64,000 nt of DNA, taken from NCBI GenBank assembly GCA_039096225.1, contig JBBPEB010000004.1, positions 124,001-188,000 on the forward strand, in the 5' to 3' direction. The notes under the pieces are model-generated. The model ran no database searches. It worked only from the letters and a program-made list of their open reading frames with translations, and was not told where the DNA came from. The DNA comes from Blastocystis sp. Blastoise. Lineage: Eukaryota; Protista; Bigyra: Opalinata. A program made the position numbers and the translations under genes. Positions 1-15,964 of the stretch are shown piece after piece. The stretch's first letter is position 1. Each line of letters opens with the position of its first letter.

Positions 1-71
1 TATGATATAATATGAAAATATAGAAATATTATTTATAAATAATACTAATATAATAATAATAATAAATATAC

Positions 72-491
72 CTTAATAGGATTAGCATAAATAACACGAT
101 CTTGGCCAAGACCTGTTTTAAGAACAGCACTGATCTCATAAGGACTAGCACAATCATAACACATATTAGGAAATGTTGACATAAGATGGACGATAGCTGG
201 CTCAGGATTACACTTTACAGCATAATAAGGTTGAACATCTTTGAATGTATGGAACCATTGTTTGTATTGATCAAGAATCATACTGCAATCAATGAAATAA
301 TAAGTACCAACAAAATCATGAGATTGAATGTAATTTCTTGTGATATCCTCAACACTAATTTGGTCATCAACAACCTCAAGAGAAACCTTTTCAGTACTAT
401 TCAGACTATCAACAAGAAATTTATCCAATAAACACTTATCAACAGACTCAATAGAATCCACCTTAGGATAGCCAGACGTGTAACGATGCAT
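72..491 (-). CDS. ODC1: Ornithine decarboxylase (fold III PLP enzyme), first coding exon; gene runs off the left edge of the window
   Basis: Motifs QPYYAVKCNPEP (PLP lysine), YDCASPYEI and RVIYANPIK, then a GTATAT donor at 71. First in-frame ATG is at 491; the ORF-track start at 497 is TTG. Confidence 0.9.
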
Positions 492-1033
492 CTCCAAAAA
501 GAAATTTCAGAAAGAAACCACCTATCGTTTAAAGAAAACCAAAAAAATGTATTTTATTCCAAAAAAAACGCATAACCCTTTTTCAGTGACGAGTCTCTCA
601 TGAATACCACACATTAATCTACCTGAAATATGCTGAATTTATTTGAATGTTTATTGTGTTCTTTAACATTTTTTAACTTTAGAAACAATAATATAGCATA
701 AAAAAATGCATAAAGTTTGTCTATGTGAATGTATGTGAGTTTATTTACTAGTTTAAATAAGTTAGGCTAAGAAATATATCATAAATAAACAAAACTTTAA
801 AAAAATGTATAGATTATAGATTATGTATAAATTTCTTGAAAGAAGGGTATACATATTGATAGTTGACTTTATGATAAATCAGTAATATAATATGATCCTT
901 TTCTTGAACAAAAAATATATATACAAATAAATATATGTAAAACTACTCAAACAGAAGAAATTTAAAAAAAAAAGTAAATAGTCAATTTTTAAATAATATA
1001 TATAAAAATTATTAGTAAATAATTATAATACAA

Positions 1034-1795
1034 TTAAGGGAATTGACTATTGGTACTAAGAATAATACCTACAATAATACCATAAATACCTAAAGCACTA
1101 GCAAAAATTTGAGCAATAAGTAATTTTGAGAATAGAGCATCATTTTGAGCATGAGCTAAAGCACATGAAGAGCCACAAATACCCACAGATATACTATAGA
1201 GAATAAAAGAATTAAAATAATATTTATAAAATATTTATATGATGAACTGTTGAATGAGAAGAATAGATATATTTTGATTTATATAGAGACATATTATATA
1301 AATCATATATATATAGAATAAATAATATAGAAATTATATATATATTATGCAATCAGAATACTTATAATATATATATATATACCCACTACAAATATTGGAG
1401 AGACCAACGGTGAGACCCGAGGCAAAAATGGAGTAAGCACAGTACCATAATAAATTATAATCATATCCTTTGGGAATACCAGAAGCATTGAATGTCAGAG
1501 GTACTTTTGTCACAAGAACAACAGCAATAATAACACCATAAATGGCATTAGCTTCACAGAAAATAATACTAATCAAGTTCTTAGAACGAATACGAGGTGA
1601 CTTGACAGTAGCACCCATGAGAGAAGAAGCTGCGGTGAAAATACCCCAAGCTGCACCAATGACAGATAAGCAAAGACCACAAGCAATACCAACAAATGCA
1701 AATGTATAAGGAGATATATTAAAGAACACATCTTCCCAATTGGAATTGTGTAAATTGACGATCTTTTCAGTTGTTTCTGGAATAATAAAAGACAT
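1034..1795 (-). CDS. ATP6V0B: V-ATPase V0 proteolipid subunit c'' (VMA16-like); exons 1795-1383 and 1193-1034
   Basis: GAAWGIF, PRIRSKNLISIIFCEANAIYG, GLTVGLSNICSG. The spliced exon 2 reads ISVGICGSSCALAHAQN...SALGIYGIIVGII, ending at TAA 1034-1036. Confidence 0.93.
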
Positions 1796-2070
1796 TTCTA
1801 AAGATATTAAAGAAAATAAATATGTGAATCTTAATGAATTCAGTCAGAATTTTTGGTTTAAGAAACCTATAATCAAAAAACAACTCTATGCTGAAAAGTA
1901 TTTCAGAATTTTTTTGTTTTAAGACAAATTCATAAATGATTGAAAATGACTTAAAGAAAAAACAAAAGAAGAAAGGATTGATTCACTCTAATTTCTGTAA
2001 TAATCATGAAACAAAAAATATAATTTTTTTTTTTATATTTCTAATTGTTTTAAAGTATATTCAATAGAAG

Positions 2071-6706
<4,636 letters not shown>

Positions 6707-7043
6707 TTCGTATCTTTGTTTTATTCATATTTACATCTGTATTATTGTTAGTAATGTAATTATATATACATAACATCGTCATTCTCATTGTTTTCATTTA
6801 TATCCTTGAAACATTTTTTTATACTTATTTTAAAAATATTTGTTATTGTGTTCTTTATGTCTTGTTATATGTATGATAGATATTCATATTGTATTGTCAA
6901 ACAATAATATTTGCTAATTTAAAATTTATATATACATATAATAACAAAACAAAAAAAAAAGAAATTATTAGAAATCATGGAAAACATGTATTTAAGTTTT
7001 AAAAAATACATTAATAAATGCAAATGGAATATTAGTAAATCGT

Positions 7044-7793
7044 TTAAACACGTGATTTCTTGACATTTCGAATACTCTTTTCAACGACTGGCTTCTGAAT
7101 CTTCTTATCCATCTTAAATCCATTCTTTACAGCAGGTTTAGCTTTTGCTTGTTTCTTACAGCAACAACAGCATATACAGAATAAAGAGAATACAGCGATA
7201 ATACAAACACCAGTTATAACACCAGGATAGAAGAAAGGAAGAGTAGTATAACCTATTAACAGATCCATACCGGTCTTACCATCACTATATAGAGAATAAT
7301 AATGAATAGAATATTATATAGAGAATATTGTAAAGTTTAATATATTGATTATTGTAAAGTTTAATATATTGATTATTGTAAAGTTTAATATGTTGATTAT
7401 TGTATAGTGTAATATACATATATATATAATGGTAATAAATAAATATATATACAGAGCTGAGCAAGAGTTAGTGCTGTTGGCCTTAAGAAGAGTGATCGGA
7501 TAGTAGTGAGAGGCTTGAGTATAATCAGACATAAAACGAACATAGGCAGGAGTTACTCCTATATATATATTATTATTATTATTATATATTATATAATAAT
7601 AATATTATCATTATGTATATATATATATAATTATATACCCATAGGAAGTGTTGTAGTATCCATAGCGATAGTAGCTGTAGCAGAGCTTCCAGAACTAATA
7701 TGCATAGGAACATTTACAGACTATACATAATTATACATATATATATATATTAAAAAGATATTTATATAGAATATTATGAAAGTATTAATATAA

Positions 7794-7837
<44 letters not shown>

Positions 7838-8138
7838 TAATAGGACTATTTGAATATCCAATTTCAATTTGATCGATATATAAATCAGCGTCAGAAACGG
7901 AGAGTGACACAGTTTGCGTCATTGAATCACTATTAACCGTAGTGGTAGCATAGGTGGGGATAGAACTAACGGAAGGAAGGGGTTCCTTAACGGAAGCGAA
8001 AGGAATAGTAAAACTAGTATCAATATCTTTAGTAATATTACCCTATAGAATAATTAATAGAAGAATAACTATTATATGAATATTATATATATATATGAAA
8101 AAAAAATTAAATTTATAATCATAATCATAATCATAATC

Positions 8139-8189
<51 letters not shown>

Positions 8190-8960
8190 CGAATAAAGCA
8201 GAAGAGGGAATACTATACATTCTCATGATGGCGCGAATGGAAGCGAGGGCAGAATCGCCTTCTGTTCCCGGGATAATTCTGGCGGCAATAAGAATGGGAC
8301 TAGCTACAGCTTCATCTGCTAAAACGCGGGAAACAGGGAGGGAAACAGCAGCAGCTAATTCTTCACTGAATTGTTTAAGATAAGCAGCCTTCTTTTCAGT
8401 AGTAGAGAAATCAGCTTCACCTTTTATTTGTACTAAGAAGACAATAGTATTTTCTTCAACGGTACAACTGCCTTGAGGGTCGAATGTGAATCCAGGAGAA
8501 CATTCACATTTATTAGTAATAGTATTACAACGTCCAAAACCACAAGAAGTAGAACATTGAAGAGCAAGTGTTTTTAATTCGATTTTAGTATTTTTGATTT
8601 CTGTGCTCATGGCAATAGATTCATCATTTTCAGCATAACAATAAGAATCATAAGTATAATCACTTTGTAAGCCAAATACAGTTAAAAGAGTCGAGGTATG
8701 AGCCGAAACATGAATATAACTATATTTCTGAATATCCGTATCAGAAGGTGTTTTAGCTCCAAATTCATATAATCCGCACCAAACATATCCATTAGTAGAG
8801 AGAGTAAGGTTTAAAGTAAGCGAATGATCCGATAGAGTACCCTTGATAACAGTCAATTCAGGAGCAGCTGAATATAGGTGAAAATAGAAATTCATTTATA
8901 TAATAATAATATTTATAGGAGAAATATAGTATAAAATATAATAAATATAAAATATAATAA

Positions 8961-8996
<36 letters not shown>

Positions 8997-9889
8997 TAAT
9001 AAATATAATAAATATAATAAATCTAATAATAAATAATAATAAAAATAAAATATAAATATAAATACCTTCAGCAGTAGTAATAGTTTGCTTAATATCGCTA
9101 ATTGATTGTTTCATAGCAACACCAGTAGTACTTTCAGCATAACAATAAGCATCATAAGTAGTAGCAGGAGTTAATTCCTTAATGAAAATAGAGTATTGAG
9201 ATCCTGAAGTAACTGCTTGTTTATAAGTTGATTCTTTCATGGTAGAAATAGAGGGAGTTTCGGAGTCTTTAGAGACGGCTAAACAATAGATAGTACCATC
9301 AACAGTAAAAGAAACTAAAGCATTTATTTGATTATTGGAAGAAGTATAAGAAACAGTCAAAGATCCCTTCTCTTCACCTATATAATATATAAGTAGAAAA
9401 ACAAATAAATATAATTATAAAAATATAAATATAATATAAAAAAAAGAATAAAAGCATACCCGTAGTAGAAATAGTCTTCTTTATAGAAGCTATAGTATTT
9501 GTCATAGGGTCCTCAGCTTCATCTTCACCAAAGCAATAAACGGTATATTCAGTTAAACTAGTTAATTCACGAATAACAATATTTTTAGCAACATTTGAAC
9601 TTATACTATCAGTAAAAATAGATTCCATCAATGAGTCAGAAGAAGGAACGGCAGCAGAAGGAAGTAAAGCATTGCACCACACTGTACCATTAGCAGTATA
9701 TAAGGCATTGACAGTGATGGTTGTTTCGTCACTTGTAACAGTAAATGATAATTCTCCAGAAGCTACAAATAGATGAAATAATAAAAGGAGTATAACAAAA
9801 TGAAAACAAATCAGTTTTTATAAAATTATGAACATACCACAAGCAAGAGCTATGAATAGTGCAGCATAAACTAAGAAAATACTCTTCAT
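7044..9889 (-). CDS. Type-I membrane surface protein: signal peptide, three FN3-like repeats, EGF-like module, SEA-like region, TM helix, Cys-rich basic tail
   Basis: ATG at 9889 (MKSIFLVYAALFIALAC). Three ~100-aa repeats GxV(W/Y)C...LxxxTxYxxYC(Y/F)xE, each on its own exon. EGF-like CSTSCGFGRCNTITNKCECSPGF. TM GVITGVCIIAVFSLF followed by CICCCCCKK. Confidence 0.75.
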
Positions 9890-11422
9890 TTTATTTATAA
9901 TGATAAACATAAATGATAAAAAGAAAACAAAGTAAAAAAAATTTTCGATTTAACAATCTTTTTTAGTTCCCACGGGAATGTGTATAGATATAGGTGTTTT
10001 ATTACTAATCTCGATAAGTTATGCCTTTCTCTATATATATGACCAGTAATTCCGTGAATTGATGATAATCATGAAGTGATTGTGATAACGATACAGATTC
10101 ATTTTTAAAAAAGAAATCTATTTGTGTTTTTTGCTTAATTCTATGAATAATGGACATCAATATTTCAGTTTAAAGCATATTACAGACATACAAGAAGGAT
10201 TGCAAGTAAGAAGTATTCTTTAAACAAATATAAAATTGATATGACGATAATTAACTTTTTTAAAGTCGTGTTTCAAAGAAATAAAATATTATTTAGTGTC
10301 TTAAATGTTTTCAAGAAATTAATAAACAATGACTCATATTAATTGCAAATAATTTTACAGTATTTAGAATAAATACTGTACGTTTTATTTTAAAATATGG
10401 AAATAAAAAGAAGATTTAAAAAATACCAATTAAAATATGATTTATTTAAAAATAAGAGAAACGAGAAAGACCATAAACAATAAAAAAGTTAAAAAAAATA
10501 AAAAAAAATGATTACAAAAGTTGAGAAAGCATTTATCCTCTTTATTTTGATTTCATTTGCAAATAAAGCAAATCATATTTATACAATAGTAGTAATTATA
10601 ACATATAAATATGATATAGCATAATATATAAATAAAAAATAATCAAAATGTATTGATGATTTGAATAACATATAATACATAGAAAGGTATTTGAATTGAA
10701 ATTTAAATGAAAAATAAAGATAAAAAAAGAATAATTGAGAATAATCAAATATATTATATCAACTATATTCAAACATATATATATATTGATAAATATGAGT
10801 TGATATATGGAAAAGAAAAAGAAGAATAGAATATTTATAATTGAACAATAATGATCATGTGAAATATAAGAAAAGGCTGTTATATAGTACTCAAAAGAGA
10901 CTATGAAACAAATATATATATAAAAATAAAAACATTATAAGAATAAAGAATAAAAAGGAATAAATAATATTACTTTTAAAATAATCCATAAGAAAAAACT
11001 AAAAAGGAGAGTGAAAAACAAAAAAAAAATGGAAAAACGTAAAAAAAAAATAAAATAAAACCCAAAAAAACAATAATATAAAAAGTGAGTGATACAATAC
11101 ATATATGATAAAGAAAATAAGATCTAAGAAAATTGTTTAAATTTTTGAAATGGCATATGAGAAAAAGAAATAGTATAAATAACAAGAAAAATGAAAAAAA
11201 AACAGATATATATGGTTAGCATCAATTTTGTTGCTTACAATTATAACTATAATTAATAAAAATAGATACAATAAAATAGTTCGATTAACAAAGAGAGTCT
11301 ATAAAAAATAAAATATTGATAATGAATTAAAAAATAAAGGATATAATAGATAATATAAATATGATTGTTCAAGAATATTTTCAAGAAAATAAATGAGTAT
11401 TTAATATTAAATAAGTAATAAA

Positions 11423-14320
11423 TTATACGATATCAGTTTGAGATTGTTCTTTAAGAACAGTTAAGTGTTTACGTCGTGACGCATTCTTGCCTAAACAACA
11501 ATTGGTATCACATGGATGACATGTCATATAAACTCCAAGAAGAAGTAAGAAGAAGAGTACAAGTAAAACACATAGAATAAGAATAGTAAGAATAGTTGTA
11601 GTAGAGAGACGACGTTTGATAACTATATCTTTTCGAAGAGCATATATAGAAGTAATGGATAATTCTGGTAGATGAGTATGAATATCTGTAATAAAGAGAC
11701 TGTTTATATATTGAAGTAATAGAGTAGATATCCCTTGAGTGAATGATTCTTGAATATAGAATCGAAATAGAACAGAAGATCCAAAAATAAGTGATGTTGT
11801 ATTATCATCTAAATCAATCAGATCGGGATTCTTTTCATTTGTAGAATTATTAGTAAGAAAAGGTATATAAAGATGAATCATAGATGTTAGTTTTTCATAA
11901 TAAGATTTAGATTGTGAATGCATAAATAGAATAGAATCAGATTCATTCGAATAAAAATTGGATTCATCTATAGATAGAATACTAAATACAGCATTATATC
12001 CATATTGTGTTAGTTGTTCTTTCATTATTGTATGGATTTTATAAAGAACAAAAGATGAGAAATCAGAAGGTTGAATATTCACAAAAACAACAGGAATATA
12101 TAAATAATTATATCCTTCTGAAGGGATTTCATTTGGATTCGATGTTTTACATAATGATATATCCACATCTTTCCATACCCCTTGCGATCCTTTTAATGTA
12201 CATACTCGTACTTGAGGTGCATAGGGAACGCCATCACATAGAAGTGTAGCTACTGAATTAACTTCAGTTCTAGGCCATTCTCCCTCTGCTGAACATGTAT
12301 ATTGTAGAATAGTAATCGTAATAGATACAGATGTCGATACATCAGGATTACTAGCAGTAATAGTAAAGAGAGAAGCAGAAATAGTCACTTTAGATTGACC
12401 AAAAAGATGTCCTGTCTTTTCATTTAATGATAAACCATTAGGAAGAGAAGGAGAAACTGCCCAAGATGTAATATAATAATGAGTGAGAGGAGTTAAATCT
12501 ACACATATTTCATCTTTATAGAAAACAAGGGATGAGAATTTATAACTTACAATAGGAGGACGATAAGTACATTTATCTATAATAGTATTCCACATAGGTG
12601 GATATGTATTTTTACATTGTCTTGTACGTTTCCCTTGTTTACTAGTATCTGTGCATGGAAGTGTAACTGTTGTATCTACAAATGTAGTTGGCCAATCATC
12701 TTCACTATTACAATAAGGAGCAGTAATACTGATTGAAATAGCTATACTTCCACTATTATGTAGATTACTAGAGACAATTACATGGATTTCACTATAAGTA
12801 GGAATAGAAGGAGTACCAGTGATTATTCCTGTATTTGTATCAAATGAAAGAGATTCAGGAAGAGAAGGTTCAATTGACCATGTCATACATATTCCAATAC
12901 ATTGAGGAATAAGAGGAGCCATAGGAGTAGAATATATAATGTTAATAATACTAGAATTATAATATAGACGAGGAACTTGCATAATACATGTATCGATAAT
13001 AGATCCCCAAGAGACAGGATCTGTATTGCGACATAATCGTGATTGTTTTCCAATATAATATTGAGATGGACAAGGAATAATAGCTGTATCCCCGCGGGAA
13101 GTAGATGGCCATTGTCCTTCTTCAGGGCATGTATCTATAGTTGTATAAATAGATGGAAGTGAATGATAAGAAGATAGAGATTGTACATAGTTTGTGAAGG
13201 AGACGACATATATTTGTAGTAGTGATTCATAGAGTAATGACGTAGTATTCGTCATATAGGAGAGAATATTACTTTGAGGGAAGACTAGGAAATATTTTGT
13301 GATCGATCCAGTATAATAAGTAATAAGATGATTTGAGGAGTCCATAGAAGAAGTAGGAGTAAGAAGATGATTATTGAGATAAAGAGAAGTATAGGAAGAT
13401 ACAGAGAAGAAAGGATATTCGATGAGAAATGAAGTAAAGAATGAAAAAGTTGAATTATAGAAAAATGTGACTGTATAATTATAGAAATCATTAGGTATAG
13501 ATGGTGTAGAATATATATTTATTGGAGATGTTAATGTAGGTATAATGGTATCTTTTGTAGTATTTATAATGGTATCCTTTGTAGTATTTATAATGGTATC
13601 TTTTGTAGTATTTATAATGATATCTTTTGTAGTATTGGATATAGAATAGAAGGAAGAGAGAGAAAAAGAAGGGTTTGAAGACATGTTTTGTCTTGTTTGT
13701 ATATATGAGCTCATCGATATACGGAGATAACGTACTATAAATAAAGATATATAAATAAATAATATTATATATAATGAATAACAATTGATTATTCCTTTTT
13801 AATGTAGAAAAAATATATATATTTATATAAAAAGAATATTATGATTGACAAATATACAATTAAATGTCCATATATAAGCATAATATGTTTCAGAATATGT
13901 TGGTTCTATTGACATATGTAATGTAGACACAGTCATATTTGGAATAGTTGTGAATAAAGAGTCACTATAAAAAAGTAACAAAATTAACTTGTATAATCTA
14001 TTTAAATAATCAAAATCTTAATACATACAGTTTTCTGATTTGAACTTGATATATATCTGAATTCAAACAAAGACTTAAAGACGAAACATTAGTCTCTAAA
14101 TTGTGATGGATTGAAGGAATAGGAATTTCATTATCTTTATTTGTATCTCCATAAATGTGCATATCTTTATCTGATAGAGAAGAAGAATTCATCCAATCTA
14201 TTTCAATCATCAAACATGAGGAGGCTGAAATAAACTGCCCTAAACCTAATAATCATAAAGTCACTAAAAGAAATAAAAGATACATATTGAAATAAAAAAA
14301 CAAAAGAAATATAAAACCAT
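11423..14320 (-). CDS. Type-I membrane surface protein with three Cys-rich (hormone-receptor-domain-like) modules alternating with two He_PIG putative-Ig domains
   Basis: ATG at 14320 (MVLYFFCFFISICLG after splicing). Modules CPEEGQWPST...C...RLC...W occur three times. LPESLSFDTNTGIITGTP and LPNGLSLNEKTGHLFG. C-terminal TM helix. Long final exon of at least 763 codons. Confidence 0.78.
13543..13635 (-). repeat. Coding 24-bp tandem repeat (NTTKD(T/I)II x4)
   Basis: Four NTTKD(T/I)II units, each containing an N-x-T sequon. Confidence 0.8.
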
Positions 14321-15753
14321 GTTATGGTCATAAGAATACTATCTACAATTCAGAAAGAAGAAAAAAATGAAAAAACAAAAATTTTCAAAAGAATTCCAGT
14401 CTATTTAGGGGTATAAAAAAAATTAGTGTTTTAAAATTATATTATTGTGATATTTTAGAATAGATTTGTTTGATATAATGTATTTAAAATGATTTTTAGA
14501 GTCTCAAGGTGAAAACTAAGTTTTTATATTCATTTTTAGCATACAAGAAATATTTATGAGTTTTTGAATATCAAAATCTTTTTTCTCTTGGAGTTTTATA
14601 TGAACTCAATGTAATGCATGACATGGGTAAAGTGAAATAAAGACAATAATAAAATGAATGAAAATGATTTGGAAGAATCCAAAAAATTTCAAAATCATAT
14701 TTATTACGACAAACGTATTTTTTGGTATATAAAATATATTGAATATTAGAAAAAACTAGTTATAAGTTTTTTGAAAGGGTAATTATTAGGATTCCATGAT
14801 GATTGTTGTTACCGAAAAGTTTTTATAATAATTAAAATTAATATCAAATGCTATTAGATATTTAGTAGATATTAAAATCTAAATAATTACAAGTATAAAC
14901 AAAAATCACGTCCTTTCTATTCACGTTGTTTTATTTCTGTGACTTCACTTCAATAGGAAACACTTGCGTTGTTTCTAAGTTATAATGATCTTTTTATATG
15001 AAATATAAACAACAATCAGATTTAACTCCTCAGTTTATTAAAAATAAAAAGCTATGAAAATGATGGAAACACATATAAGAAGACATAAATTTTCAAAATA
15101 CTGAAAAAAATGATAAAAAACTTTAACGATTTACTGACTTCATAATTAAATGTAGTTTTTTATTAAAAAAAAACTATATTATCATATGATTATCGAATAG
15201 ACTACTTGCTATTTCATACGAGTTATTTTATTTAATAAGATAACATTACAAAAAGAAGAAAAAATATAAAAAAGTCCAGTTTGCGCAAGCAACATGACTA
15301 AAACATCATTTATTTCATATAAAATAAGAATAAAATGTAAGTTTTAGCTATATACTACCAAGAAATCCAGAAGTAATGACATAATGATTAGAAGAGAATG
15401 AAAATAAAGCTTAAAAAGTAAAAAGATAAAGATTGTAGAAAACACAAGTTTTTGATCCATTAGAATGGAGACACCAAATTTTATTATAATTGGTTAAAAT
15501 CTTTCAAAGAATGATTAACAAATCTTCATATAAGGGTACTTTTATTTAAATAATCTCTTTATCCTAGTGTTTAGTTACTAGAATCTTCAGAAATTAGGGT
15601 ATATATATAAATAATAAGTCTAATTGTTTTAAGTTCGTCATGGAATACAAATAAACCGGTCAGACCATTCATTCCAACCTGGATAATATTCTTGTTGTCT
15701 TAGTCTTATTGGTAGAAATTCATATTTTAGCCAATAAAATCAAGATTCATTTT

Positions 15754-15761
15754 ATTGGTTG
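15754..15761 (+). repeat. Left 8-bp target-site duplication ATTGGTTG
   Basis: Identical to 31975-31982 and directly abuts the CAGGG terminus. 8 bp is the TSD length of hAT elements. Confidence 0.88.
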
Positions 15762-15819
15762 CAGGGGTCACCACGTAGTTACTCGTTAAGCGAAAGGACC
15801 AAAATTTTTGCGCTTAAAT
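15762..15819 (+). repeat. Left terminal and subterminal inverted repeat of the hAT element
   Basis: CAGGGGTCACCA...TTAAGCGAAA...TTTTTGCGCTTAAAT. Confidence 0.82.
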
Positions 15820-15964
15820 AACAAAGTTACTTTTTTATTACCGTGATTTTCATAGTTATTTTAAGTGATGAAAACACGGGAAAAACAAAAATATAAGGGA
15901 AAATGTTTTGCTAAACCAAAAAGAACATTCTATATTAGATAAACTTTTTTTATTGTTTAAATAC

